A stretch of DNA of 63,935 nt, filler included, from Lama guanicoe (GCA_013239625.1; 198 parts of 198 records of this genome joined end to end with filler, not necessarily neighbours in it), one strand, 5' to 3'. Shown: positions 24,683 through 37,475, counted from the whole stretch's first letter. Notes: generated from the sequence alone by a model not told the origin. Program-made: numbers and translations.

Positions 24683-27600
24683 GATTGTAAAATAAATACA
24701 TTTTAAAAAGGCTCATAATACCTGCTTCAAGAATTTTTCCAATGCCTACTAAAACTACAATCTACCTGTANNNNNNNNNNNNNNNNNNNNNNNNNNNNNN
24801 NNNNNNNNNNNNNNTTAATTAATTAANNNNNNNNNNNNNNNNNNNNNNNNNNNNNNNNNNNNNNNNNNNNTTGTTCACGCCATCCCCTCTGGATCGTCTT
24901 CCCTTCCCTTTTCTTTTGTGGGCCTCTAGGAAGCCTTTTCTAACTCTTCTCACCCCAACTCCTTCCTTCCTAGTTTGCTCCCTGTGGAACTCACAGTCTA
25001 TACGATGCACTTTGGCACTGTGGCAAGCAAGGACTGAAGCTTGTTTAAAGATGAACAAAAATGTATATAAAGGGCCTAGTGTTTAAAACATAANNNNNNN
25101 NNNNNNNNNNNNNNNNNNNNNNNNNNNNNNNNNNNNNTTAATTAATTAANNNNNNNNNNNNNNNNNNNNNNNNNNNNNNNNNNNNNNNNNNNNTTTTTTT
25201 TACCATCTCTGTTCTTTCTTTTAAAAATACAGATTTCATACATAACAGAGCTCTATGATCTGCATACTTTATATTTTAACTATTCTTATTTTATCTCTAT
25301 CTCCTCCTTTGAGTTTTGGGGAGTATTTCAGAATTATCTTCTATATTCAGTGATCTGTCTTCTGTCTCTTTGTAGCCACCTATTATGATGATTTTTGTTT
25401 TGTGTGTTTGCTTATTNNNNNNNNNNNNNNNNNNNNNNNNNNNNNNNNNNNNNNNNNNNNTTAATTAATTAANNNNNNNNNNNNNNNNNNNNNNNNNNNN
25501 NNNNNNNNNNNNNNNNTAGTACTTAGAATATACTAATACTCAGTAAATACTACTTTCCTCCATATATTTATTAGGCTCTAAAATATTCAGCCCATAGTGT
25601 AGATTTATTCTTTCTAAATAATTTTCTAACATTTAAAATAAAAGAATTATTAAGTGGAAAAATCTCAACCAGGTGGATCTAACGATGGGAAACAGTAAAA
25701 ATTCTGGAGGATCAAGTAAGATCAGGTCCATCAGGCAAANNNNNNNNNNNNNNNNNNNNNNNNNNNNNNNNNNNNNNNNNNNNTTAATTAATTAANNNNN
25801 NNNNNNNNNNNNNNNNNNNNNNNNNNNNNNNNNNNNNNNTTTATTTCTGAAGCCTTTCTGGGTTTTGTCAGGAAGATCAACTTCCTTCTGGGGCTTTTCG
25901 TCTAAGAGCTTGAGTTGCAGCTTTCTCCCAACGTCTACATTAGTAACTAGCTATCCAGCTCCTGTGCAGCTTCCTGAATTATGTTGCTGTTCTCTCTCTC
26001 GCTCCCTTTTATTATGTGATCTCTTTCTCTTTCTCTTTTTGTAGATTTGTGTTTTTTAAAATNNNNNNNNNNNNNNNNNNNNNNNNNNNNNNNNNNNNNN
26101 NNNNNNTTAATTAATTAANNNNNNNNNNNNNNNNNNNNNNNNNNNNNNNNNNNNNNNNNNNNTTCATAGGAACCTGGGCCAGACCTGCCTGCTGGATTTG
26201 GAGGGTCTCCTAGGGACATGGGGGACGGCTGCAACTCACTTAGGGGACATAAAAGCTGGTGGTGGACATTCCGGGAGTGTTAATCTACAAGAGCTTTCCT
26301 GGAGGCTGACATCTTGATTGGATCATAGCACCAAGGCCTAGCCCCACCCAACAGCCTGTAGGGAAGCTTCAGGCCAAACAACATANNNNNNNNNNNNNNN
26401 NNNNNNNNNNNNNNNNNNNNNNNNNNNNNTTAATTAATTAANNNNNNNNNNNNNNNNNNNNNNNNNNNNNNNNNNNNNNNNNNNNAAAGGCATCACGGAC
26501 GGGAAAGCACACGGCAAACTGGAGGTCGCGGCAGCAATGTGAGGGGTTACCACTGACAGCGCTCTCCGCCAGCGTAACAGGCCTGTGATGGGGAGGGGAG
26601 GTGCGGTGGGAGGGCGCCTGCAGGGACCTGAACATGCCGCGCCCAGTCACGCCTTCGCGGGTGGAGACGGCAGAGGAGGCCTGGTGCCCGGGAGATGCAG
26701 GCGGAAGCNNNNNNNNNNNNNNNNNNNNNNNNNNNNNNNNNNNNNNNNNNNNTTAATTAATTAANNNNNNNNNNNNNNNNNNNNNNNNNNNNNNNNNNNN
26801 NNNNNNNNGTGCTCTGTAGCCTTGCCCTGGGGGCTGCAGGGAAGCAAGATGTAGCTGTGGCCCCCTAAGACTCACCCGCAGAGAGGGAGGGTATGCTGGT
26901 GTCCGGGGAGTGCGCAGGGGGGCCTGCCAGCTGGGCTCCCTCCCGGCAGGGAAATGTGGCCTGGAGTGGGCTCTGACCTTGATCAGTACAAACGCCTACC
27001 CAGCCCCGGGATGCAGGAAGCAGTGAGACGTNNNNNNNNNNNNNNNNNNNNNNNNNNNNNNNNNNNNNNNNNNNNTTAATTAATTAANNNNNNNNNNNNN
27101 NNNNNNNNNNNNNNNNNNNNNNNNNNNNNNNTTTTTTTTTAGCTGAACTTAACAGAAAGAGGGGAAAGTAAATCTACCCCATCTTGGTCTGGATATTACT
27201 TTAACTATTGAAAATATACATTTAATAATTGCTCCACACCCAAATCCCAAATATCTTTTTTATTGGGGGGATTTTTTTAGAAGTCTGTATTGATGACTGG
27301 GTACATCATTTCCATGTAAGTAGTGTGTGGGATCTCTGAAGGATGAAGTGCTCTNNNNNNNNNNNNNNNNNNNNNNNNNNNNNNNNNNNNNNNNNNNNTT
27401 AATTAATTAANNNNNNNNNNNNNNNNNNNNNNNNNNNNNNNNNNNNNNNNNNNNACCTGCCCTGTACCCAGATCTTTGCTAGGCATCAAAAAAGAAAATG
27501 AAACTAAACCATTTAGATTCCTAAAAATCTTTATTGACTTATTTAGCAATAGGTACTACCCTACCAACTAACTACTTTGCTATTTCTCTAGCCAAATTTC

Positions 27601-28101
27601 CCAGCACCTGTTTTGAGGAATTACTGGAAAATAGGTCACATCTTACCTTATTTAAATCATTTAGCTACAAAAATATTNNNNNNNNNNNNNNNNNNNNNNN
27701 NNNNNNNNNNNNNNNNNNNNNTTAATTAATTAANNNNNNNNNNNNNNNNNNNNNNNNNNNNNNNNNNNNNNNNNNNNTTGGTTGGCCTGTTTCAAACGTC
27801 GATTGCCTCACTTTGGTCTTTATCACCATAGAACTCGACCTACCGAGAGCTCAAGGGAGCAATCAGTGGCAATGCTTTCATGTATTTTAGGTGCAAAAAT
27901 ACTGCCTTACTATGCTGTACCCCGAAACTTAACATAATACTGTAAAGCAATTATACGTCAATTTTAAAAAATGATTTGATCTCTCCATAGACATCACAGT
28001 NNNNNNNNNNNNNNNNNNNNNNNNNNNNNNNNNNNNNNNNNNNNTTAATTAATTAANNNNNNNNNNNNNNNNNNNNNNNNNNNNNNNNNNNNNNNNNNNN
28101 T

Positions 28102-28323
28102 GTCGTGGAACATGTTGTCACGTCATCAGCAGAAACTGAAGCCAATGACCTAATGTCAACTGCCATCAACAGATGGAAAATCGTCAAGGAGGTTCTACTG
28201 CAGCGCCAGTCCCAAATTGTTTCTGCAGCAGAGAAACTCAAAGAAGCCGTGCTACAGATTGAAAAGATTATCCGGGCCATCGAGCTGCTCAAAGCCAACC
28301 CTGGCTTAGCAGCAGATGTGCAG
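28102..28323 (+). CDS. Unidentified coding fragment, alpha-helical/coiled-coil-like, open across the whole contig
   Basis: 74 uninterrupted codons (VVEHVVTSSAETEANDLMSTAINRWKIVKEVLLQRQSQIVSAAEKLKEAVLQIEKIIRAIELLKANPGLAADVQ), protein-like composition, amphipathic periodicity, an antisense frame also largely open. Confidence 0.6.
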
Positions 28324-28423
28324 NNNNNNNNNNNNNNNNNNNNNNNNNNNNNNNNNNNNNNNNNNNNTTAATTAATTAANNNNNNNNNNNNNNNNNNNNN
28401 NNNNNNNNNNNNNNNNNNNNNNN

Positions 28424-28646
28424 CATAAGTAAAACAAAAAGACAACATATGGAATGGGAGAAAATATTTGCAGAAGATGAGACTTGTCTAGAGCTTAATT
28501 TCCAGAATATATAAGCAGCTCATACAACTTAAAAACAAACAACCCAATACAAAAAATGGGCAGAAGATCTAAACATGCAATTCTCCAAGGAAGACAAACA
28601 AATGGCCAATAGGCACATGAAAAAATGCTCAATATAACTAATTATT
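28424..28646 (+). mobile_element. LINE-1 ORF2 fragment
   Basis: KRQHMEWEKIFA...AAATGGGCAGAAGATCTAAAC...TGGCCAATAGGCACATGAAAA. Confidence 0.9.
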
Positions 28647-29860
28647 NNNNNNNNNNNNNNNNNNNNNNNNNNNNNNNNNNNNNNNNNNNNTTAATTAATT
28701 AANNNNNNNNNNNNNNNNNNNNNNNNNNNNNNNNNNNNNNNNNNNNAAGTGGAAGAAACCCCATTGTTTTTTCTCTTTTTCCTCTCTCTTTTCTACCACC
28801 GTTGCAGAGACAGCAATAGTATGGACCCAGACAACTAGAGAAAGATGCTCCAATGATCCTACGGTCAGGACAAAAAAAGGGGGGGGGGGAGACAATTCCC
28901 ACTATTTTTTGTCTTTTTTCTCTTGCCACTTTGCCCCAGTTGTATCCCCATGACACTGAACTGTATGACNNNNNNNNNNNNNNNNNNNNNNNNNNNNNNN
29001 NNNNNNNNNNNNNTTAATTAATTAANNNNNNNNNNNNNNNNNNNNNNNNNNNNNNNNNNNNNNNNNNNNAAAAAAAAAAAAAAGCAAAAAAAAAAATGGC
29101 TATAATGCAAAAGCATACTATTTTCTTCTCCTAGATGGTATTTTGTTCCATGTTATTTTCATAGGTGAAGTACAAGAAAGACATTCAAAATATGCATGAT
29201 CCAGTCTCAGATTTCCCAGACTTGTTTTTAGACCATGCTTTGAAAGCCAGCAAAATGCTCAGCGGAGTAAGTGGTTGTTTGTCAGCAACTGTNNNNNNNN
29301 NNNNNNNNNNNNNNNNNNNNNNNNNNNNNNNNNNNNTTAATTAATTAANNNNNNNNNNNNNNNNNNNNNNNNNNNNNNNNNNNNNNNNNNNNTCCCTAAA
29401 AGCACAGACACTAAAACACTGATATCATAATGTCATTAAATTGCATTAAATTCTTTAATTACAAGGAGACTGACAGCTGTCATAAAGAGAGTCCTTGACT
29501 TGTGTACCTTCTGCAGACTCTTTACACCGTAACAGCAATAAACAGATGGCAGAGGGCCTCTCAGTATCTTCTGAAATGCCTGCTTTCTTCCATCTCAAGG
29601 GAGGTAAGGCAATGGNNNNNNNNNNNNNNNNNNNNNNNNNNNNNNNNNNNNNNNNNNNNTTAATTAATTAANNNNNNNNNNNNNNNNNNNNNNNNNNNNN
29701 NNNNNNNNNNNNNNNAAAAAAAAACTTCTGTCACTACGCATGGTGATGGATGCCAACTAGACTTACTGTGGTGACCATTTCACAGTATCTACAAATACTG
29801 AATCATTATATTTACCTGAAACTAATACAATATGTCACTTATAAAGAGGGAACTAATACA

Positions 29861-29938
29861 GGGGGTATAGCTCAGGGGTAGAGTGCGCACTTAGCATGCA
29901 CAAGGTCCTGGGTTCAATCCCCAGGACCTCCATTAAAT
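29861..29938 (+). mobile_element. tRNA-Ala(AGC)-derived SINE head (Vic-1-like)
   Basis: GGGGGTATAGCTCAGGGGTAGAGTGCGCACTTAGCATGCACAAGGTCCTGGGTTCAATCCCCAGGACCTCCA, with A/B boxes and an AT tail starting, next to an L1 3' end. Confidence 0.85.
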
Positions 29939-31330
29939 NNNNNNNNNNNNNNNNNNNNNNNNNNNNNNNNNNNNNNNNNNNNTTAATTAATTAANNNNNN
30001 NNNNNNNNNNNNNNNNNNNNNNNNNNNNNNNNNNNNNNTTACATTTATTTAATGAAACTCCCCCTACTTGCAAAATATATTTGAGTCCACTTATTATTAG
30101 GATCCTATTTTAAAACTAAGCATTGTGTCTGTATTGGCAATACGCATACTGAAGTAGATGCAAGTAAAAAGAGATGTTTGTAACGTCTTGCTTCTTTGCT
30201 TTCCGCTAGTGCTTTCTTACGTGATTTCATATTTTCTTCTGTGGCTCATAGGTGTACACAGNNNNNNNNNNNNNNNNNNNNNNNNNNNNNNNNNNNNNNN
30301 NNNNNTTAATTAATTAANNNNNNNNNNNNNNNNNNNNNNNNNNNNNNNNNNNNNNNNNNNNCCTGAAACAGGAGTCGCACCGGCACAACCCCGGCTCGCT
30401 CTTCAGTTAGTGCTGAGGATCCTGTCGTGGTTACGAGTGGGGCACAGACAGAGCCGAGCTGACTAAAGCTGCAACTGGAGGCAAAAAAATAAAAGCTCTA
30501 ACTCAAGAATGAAAATTCAGTGCTGCACCTAAGTCGGAAATACCGAGCTATAGATACACAGATGTCATGCATACAAACTGTCTTNNNNNNNNNNNNNNNN
30601 NNNNNNNNNNNNNNNNNNNNNNNNNNNNTTAATTAATTAANNNNNNNNNNNNNNNNNNNNNNNNNNNNNNNNNNNNNNNNNNNNCGTGGTACAGGGAAGG
30701 GGGAGCTCACGTACTGTTTTGCTGCCTAAAGTTTATTCCGTGATTCTCATATTGTCTCATTTAATCTTCACAAAATCCCTGGAAAGAAGGCATCTGTCGC
30801 CTCAGAATGTTGTTTTAAATAAGAATGCTTGACGAAGTGTGACTTAAACGAGCTGGGTTTATTTTTCTCAATAAGCTGTCAGGAGGGAGGTGGTGGCCAG
30901 TGCACACNNNNNNNNNNNNNNNNNNNNNNNNNNNNNNNNNNNNNNNNNNNNTTAATTAATTAANNNNNNNNNNNNNNNNNNNNNNNNNNNNNNNNNNNNN
31001 NNNNNNNGGGCTGCACCTCTCCCAGCCCTCCCACCCTCACTGCCACGTTTTGGCCCCAGCCCTGCTCACAGTGGAGGAGCCTGGTTACAGAGGCTGCTCC
31101 TGCTGGTACTTACTGCTTCACTGCTGTCCCCCCTCTTCCTGGGCAGCACAGTCATATCTTGACCTGTTGGTGGCCCTTGACCAGTTGGTGGCCCAGCCTG
31201 GACCCCAGAGCTGCTGCAGGGCTGGCCACCNNNNNNNNNNNNNNNNNNNNNNNNNNNNNNNNNNNNNNNNNNNNTTAATTAATTAANNNNNNNNNNNNNN
31301 NNNNNNNNNNNNNNNNNNNNNNNNNNNNNN

Positions 31331-31553
31331 TTTTTTTTTTTTCCGGATTCCACATATGAGTGATCTCATATAGTATTTTTCTTTCTATTTCTGGCTCAGT
31401 TCATTTAGGATGACGTTCTCGAGGAGCATCCACATTGCTGCAAATGGTGTTATGTTATCGTGTTTTATGGCTGAATGGTATTCCATTGTAGAAATACACC
31501 ATATCCTCTTTATCCAATCATCTGTTGATGGACATTTAGGCTGTTTCCATGTC
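31331..31553 (-). mobile_element. LINE-1 ORF2 end / 3' UTR
   Basis: GATTCCACATATGAGTGAT...TTGCTGCAAATGG...TGGACATTTAGGCTGTTTCCATGTC. Confidence 0.9.
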
Positions 31554-31653
31554 NNNNNNNNNNNNNNNNNNNNNNNNNNNNNNNNNNNNNNNNNNNNTTA
31601 ATTAATTAANNNNNNNNNNNNNNNNNNNNNNNNNNNNNNNNNNNNNNNNNNNN

Positions 31654-31876
31654 TAACAACCCAAGTGTCCATCAACAGATGACTGGCTTAAGAAGATATG
31701 GTATGTGTGTGTGTACATATAAATATAAATAAATATATATATAATATGTATATATTATATATATGTCATATGTCTGATAAAATATTAATTATCCATGAAA
31801 AAGAATGAAATATTGCTATTTGCAGCGACGTGAATGGACAGAGAGAATATTACTTAGTGAAGTAAGTCAGACAAAG
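31654..31876 (+). mobile_element. LINE-1 ORF2 end with internal AT microsatellite
   Basis: CAACCCAAGTGTCCATCAACAGATGA...AAGAATGAAATATTGCTATTTGCAGC. Confidence 0.85.
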
Positions 31877-32299
31877 NNNNNNNNNNNNNNNNNNNNNNNN
31901 NNNNNNNNNNNNNNNNNNNNTTAATTAATTAANNNNNNNNNNNNNNNNNNNNNNNNNNNNNNNNNNNNNNNNNNNNCCAAGGGCCCTCAGGCCGTCTCGG
32001 GGCTTTAAGTGCCTCTTTTTGCTGACGACGCCCAGATAGATGCCCCGAGGCCAGGCCTCTCCCCTTTATGTCTGACAGCCTACTTGGCGTCTGTGTAACA
32101 TCCCAGAACTAGCGTACCCCAACCAAACTCCCCGTTTCCCCACCTGCCCCCAGACATGCCCCTCGGAGTCCTCTCCATTCCCAGACTTGGTGACCCCGTN
32201 NNNNNNNNNNNNNNNNNNNNNNNNNNNNNNNNNNNNNNNNNNNTTAATTAATTAANNNNNNNNNNNNNNNNNNNNNNNNNNNNNNNNNNNNNNNNNNNN

Positions 32300-32845
32300 A
32301 CACATTCATGTAAAAAACTCTCAATAAACAAGGATTAAAAAAGAATTTCCTTAAATCTGATAAAATCTACAGGTAATACATTTATTGGTGAGGCTGAACA
32401 GTTGACTCCCTACAACTGAGATAAGTAAAGTTGTCTGTTCTCACCACTTGAATTTTACATTGTATGAAAAGTCCTAACCAGTGCAATAAGGCATACGAAA
32501 TAAATAAAAGGCATGCAGATTANNNNNNNNNNNNNNNNNNNNNNNNNNNNNNNNNNNNNNNNNNNNTTAATTAATTAANNNNNNNNNNNNNNNNNNNNNN
32601 NNNNNNNNNNNNNNNNNNNNNNACACATTCATGTAAAAAACTCTCAATAAACAAGGATTAAAAAAGAATTTTCTTAAATCTGATAAAATCTACAGGTAAT
32701 ACATTTATTGGTGAGACTGAACAGTTGACTCCCTGCAACTGAGATAAGTAAAGCTGTCTGTTCTCACCACTTGAATTTTACATTGTATGAAAAGTGCTAA
32801 CCAGTGCAATAAGGCATACGAAATAAATAAAAGGCATGCAGATTA
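32300..32845 (+). mobile_element. Old LINE-1 ORF2 (RT) fragment present as a near-identical contig pair (32300-32522 / 32623-32845)
   Basis: ATTCATGTAAAAAACTCTCAATAAA...CTCACCACTT...GTGCAATAAGGCA. 5 substitutions between copies, 49-bp identical start. Confidence 0.85.
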
Positions 32846-33591
32846 NNNNNNNNNNNNNNNNNNNNNNNNNNNNNNNNNNNNNNNNNNNNTTAATTAATTA
32901 ANNNNNNNNNNNNNNNNNNNNNNNNNNNNNNNNNNNNNNNNNNNNAAACCTGAGAGAAGCGACTCCACTGCTGGTTGCCATTTAAGAATTATCTGCAGAT
33001 CTTTTACAAACAGGCATCAATGCCCATGTCCCATGCTTGAATAATTAAATCTGACGAGGGCCCAAGCACTGTACTTTCTTCTGAGCTTCCCAAGTAATGA
33101 ATGTGCCATCAGAGTTAAAACCACTGTTTCAGAGCCTCAGAACCAAAGCAGACTTCAGGGAAAAGAGANNNNNNNNNNNNNNNNNNNNNNNNNNNNNNNN
33201 NNNNNNNNNNNNTTAATTAATTAANNNNNNNNNNNNNNNNNNNNNNNNNNNNNNNNNNNNNNNNNNNNAAAGAAGACTGCGTTTACGGACTAGATCCTGT
33301 TACTGGCATTAGAAGGCAGCACCTCCTGATGTGCCCTACGGACGCGGCGTGGTCCCTGTCAGAATTCAAGGACTGTCTCTGCAGAGATGGAGGAAGCAAG
33401 TTTAATACTCATGTGGGATTTCACAGCTGGTATCTTTTTGTCTCTCTTTGGGAAACTGCAGAGCGGGGCTGGGGGCTCTGGCCGCTGCCCGNNNNNNNNN
33501 NNNNNNNNNNNNNNNNNNNNNNNNNNNNNNNNNNNTTAATTAATTAANNNNNNNNNNNNNNNNNNNNNNNNNNNNNNNNNNNNNNNNNNNN

Positions 33592-33814
33592 GCACAGCTA
33601 AGGATACCATCAACAAAATGAAAAGACAGCCTACAGAATGAAAGAAAATATTTTTAAATGATGCAACTGACAAGGGACTAATTTCTAAACTATACAAACA
33701 GCTCATACACCTTAACAGCAAAAAAGAAGTAACCCAATCAAAAAAATGGGTAGAAGACCTAAATAGGCATCTCTCCAAAGAAGACAGACAGATGGCCAAC
33801 AAGCACATGAAAAG
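33592..33814 (+). mobile_element. LINE-1 ORF2 fragment with in-frame stop
   Basis: TAKDTINKMKRQPTE*KKIF... Confidence 0.9.
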
Positions 33815-33914
33815 NNNNNNNNNNNNNNNNNNNNNNNNNNNNNNNNNNNNNNNNNNNNTTAATTAATTAANNNNNNNNNNNNNNNNNNNNNNNNNNNNNN
33901 NNNNNNNNNNNNNN

Positions 33915-34138
33915 TTCCACCTTGCTCTGCGCTTTTATTTTGCACCGCAGTTTTTCACTCAAAGACAAGACGCACTCAGGTAGGAGGGCCCCGGTCGCCC
34001 TCCGCCCGCGTCAAGGCGAGTTGGGGGATGGGATCTGCTCCACCCAGGACCCCACGCGAACCCCCGGGCACCCAGGGGGACGCGGCCCTCCCCGGGCTCC
34101 TCTCCTCGCGCCCGCGGGGCCCGCACCGCCCGCCTGCC
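33915..34138. promoter_or_regulatory. CpG-island fragment
   Basis: GC- and CpG-rich 3' half, no recognisable gene. Confidence 0.45.
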
Positions 34139-34238
34139 NNNNNNNNNNNNNNNNNNNNNNNNNNNNNNNNNNNNNNNNNNNNTTAATTAATTAANNNNNN
34201 NNNNNNNNNNNNNNNNNNNNNNNNNNNNNNNNNNNNNN

Positions 34239-34786
34239 TAAATGGGTCTGTGTGTAGAGTAGATTTCACCTTTTTAGAAACACCTGTAGGGAATGGCTTT
34301 CCCCTTTGGGTGGTGACAAAGTTTTGCTTCGTACGTGGGATGACCATAGTGTTCGATTCTCCTGGTCCCTGGAGGCTAAAAGAACTACTGGGCGGGTGAG
34401 GCAAGCACTGGGGGCAGGAGACGGTGGCATTAACCATGCTGTCACCTGCCCCTCCCATCCTGNNNNNNNNNNNNNNNNNNNNNNNNNNNNNNNNNNNNNN
34501 NNNNNNTTAATTAATTAANNNNNNNNNNNNNNNNNNNNNNNNNNNNNNNNNNNNNNNNNNNNTAAATGGGTCTGTGTGTAGAGTAGATTTCACCTTTTTA
34601 GAAACACCTGTCAGGAATGGCTTTCCCCTTTGGGTGGTGGCAAAGTTTTGCTTCGTACGTGGGATGACCGTAGTGTTCGCTTCTCCTGGTCCTTGGGGGC
34701 TAAAAGAACTACTGGGTGGGTGAGGCAAGCACTGGGCGCAGGAGACGGTGGCATTAACCATGCTGTCACCTGCCCCTCCCATCCTG
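34239..34786. repeat. Near-identical contig pair (34239-34462 / 34563-34786)
   Basis: 9 substitutions, 49-bp identical start. One minus-strand frame is open in both copies. Confidence 0.95.
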
Positions 34787-34886
34787 NNNNNNNNNNNNNN
34801 NNNNNNNNNNNNNNNNNNNNNNNNNNNNNNTTAATTAATTAANNNNNNNNNNNNNNNNNNNNNNNNNNNNNNNNNNNNNNNNNNNN

Positions 34887-35109
34887 TTTATATTGAAGTC
34901 CTAACCCCAGTGCCTCAGTATGTATTTACTTTGGGAGACAGGGCCTTACAGACTTAATAAGTTTAAAATGAGGCCTTTACAATGGAACCTAATCCAATTT
35001 CATTCAGATCCTTATAAGTAAAGACAATTAGGACTCACTGAGAGACACTAGTAAGGGCTATGAGAGGGCTCAGCAAGAAGGTGGCCACCTGCAAGCCAAG
35101 GTGACGGGC
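34887..35109 (+). mobile_element. MLT1 (MaLR) LTR
   Basis: TTGAAGTCCTAACCCC...CCTAATCCAAT...CCTTATAAG...AAGGTGGCCACCTGCAAGCCAAGG. Confidence 0.85.
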
Positions 35110-36504
35110 NNNNNNNNNNNNNNNNNNNNNNNNNNNNNNNNNNNNNNNNNNNNTTAATTAATTAANNNNNNNNNNNNNNNNNNNNNNNNNNNNNNNNNNN
35201 NNNNNNNNNCCTGCCTGCTTGAGAATTCTAAGCTGGTGCTTGGTTCTCAGGGGTTGAGAGAGGCAGAGCAGGGGGTACCCATAGGCAAGCGGCCGTGAGA
35301 GAGACCAGCTCTGGGACCGCGGACAGGCTTGGGAAGGTTCACAAGCAGATGGCAAGAGATGCAGAACCAGGAGCGGGAGGGCCATCTCAGAGCCCAGGGT
35401 TGCAGAGTGGACATCGGGGCCCCGGAGGGCTCANNNNNNNNNNNNNNNNNNNNNNNNNNNNNNNNNNNNNNNNNNNNTTAATTAATTAANNNNNNNNNNN
35501 NNNNNNNNNNNNNNNNNNNNNNNNNNNNNNNNNCCTGCATAATCTGGTAGTCCTCTGGTAGATCAGTTGTAATTAGTATGAATTTCGTAAACTGAAGATG
35601 GCTGATGGGTTGGCCAAGAAATAGAGGTAGCTGATGTATCAGCTATCAATGGCACTGGAAACCGTTGGTTGCTCCCTGGTTGAAGATTAGAAAAATGACC
35701 TTTATTAGCAGATATGTTGTGATATCTATTTGGAAAAGTAGAAGGCTCCAACATCANNNNNNNNNNNNNNNNNNNNNNNNNNNNNNNNNNNNNNNNNNNN
35801 TTAATTAATTAANNNNNNNNNNNNNNNNNNNNNNNNNNNNNNNNNNNNNNNNNNNNCTATTCTGTCCCTCTTCACATTTTGACACAATATTAATATTAAT
35901 ATTTCAGTCTGGTTTAGAAAGAATGACTCTGAAATAAAATACACTGGACAATTAAGAAACAGATTTTTTTCCAGTCTATTACAATAGAGAGAATATCCCT
36001 TAATGAGCATCAAATGACATCAGTAAAACAGATTAGTAATGAGTGTGATGTCTTCTATTCCAGGGAAGACAATTCAGTGGNNNNNNNNNNNNNNNNNNNN
36101 NNNNNNNNNNNNNNNNNNNNNNNNTTAATTAATTAANNNNNNNNNNNNNNNNNNNNNNNNNNNNNNNNNNNNNNNNNNNNTAACCTCAAAAAGCTAGCTG
36201 ATAGAACAAAATGTAAAGGAGATTGGTTTACCTGAGGCTTAAGTGGGAAAGAAACAGAACAGCAGGTGATTCTGTACAGTAAGTGCTGCTCTGTGGTGAG
36301 GGCAGCCTGCCTGGAAGCCTGGCAGACACCAGTGTCATTTCCCATCACCCCCCACACACCTGATGTCCTGCAGGGCTCAGTCTCCTCTCTGCCCTTCCTG
36401 TCCTNNNNNNNNNNNNNNNNNNNNNNNNNNNNNNNNNNNNNNNNNNNNTTAATTAATTAANNNNNNNNNNNNNNNNNNNNNNNNNNNNNNNNNNNNNNNN
36501 NNNN

Positions 36505-36727
36505 AGAATAGTGAATATAAAATTTAGCATATACAATATAGAACACAGTATATGGAATATAGAATACGGAGTGCAGAAATTAGAATGTACAAAATAGAAT
36601 GAAGAACACAAAGTATAGAATATATAAAAGAGACTTTACAATCCAGAATTTGAAAATGGAATGCAGAACACAGAATTAAGTATACAGAATACAAAATACT
36701 GAATATAGATATTAGAAAATCGAATGC
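36505..36727 (+). repeat. Satellite family B, degenerate heptamer (AGAATAT/AGAACAC)n
   Basis: 7-bp periodicity. Shares GAATGCAGAACACAGAATT...CAAAATACTGAATAT with 48811-49033. Confidence 0.85.
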
Positions 36728-37475
36728 NNNNNNNNNNNNNNNNNNNNNNNNNNNNNNNNNNNNNNNNNNNNTTAATTAATTAANNNNNNNNNNNNNNNNN
36801 NNNNNNNNNNNNNNNNNNNNNNNNNNNAAAAACATTTTCTTATAAGAAGAAGAAACTTAAGCCCTTAAACCTTTCTTTTACCTGTTTCAAAATATGTTTT
36901 GCATTTGACTTTGAATATTTTCAGAAACCCCCAATCCATTTTATAGAAATAATGGGATATGGCACAGACTTTGAGTGCTGTAGGATCACTCTGTGGTGAA
37001 CAGAAGTGGAAAATCTTTATGAAGTTATGATATCTAAAATGTCTATAATAANNNNNNNNNNNNNNNNNNNNNNNNNNNNNNNNNNNNNNNNNNNNTTAAT
37101 TAATTAANNNNNNNNNNNNNNNNNNNNNNNNNNNNNNNNNNNNNNNNNNNNGCTTTAGGTTCCTTCTAAAGAGTTTCCTTCTTCTTGTCTTTCTTCTAGC
37201 ACTTAACACAAACACAGGTCCAAGATACTTTTCTACTCAGTGTTTATTCATTAATCATTTAATTTTAAGTGGCCCTGTCCATGTTTCTGCCTTTGGAAAA
37301 CTGAAAAAGGTGGCCCATGCACAAACCTATTTTTAAAGTGGGTTATTCATTTTATTGTTATTAAATAAGGATAAANNNNNNNNNNNNNNNNNNNNNNNNN
37401 NNNNNNNNNNNNNNNNNNNTTAATTAATTAANNNNNNNNNNNNNNNNNNNNNNNNNNNNNNNNNNNNNNNNNNNN

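Noticed and set aside
29861..29932. Functional tRNA-Ala(AGC) gene
   Set aside because: Mismatches disrupt the anticodon stem, an AT tail follows instead of a T-run terminator, it sits beside an L1 end, and sibling copies have TSDs, so it is a SINE head.
35563..35754. 63-aa minus-strand ORF MLEPSTFPNRYHNISANKG...YEIHTNYN
   Set aside because: No recognisable homology, and ORFs of this length are expected by chance among ~198 contigs in six frames. A terminal exon cannot be excluded without BLASTx.
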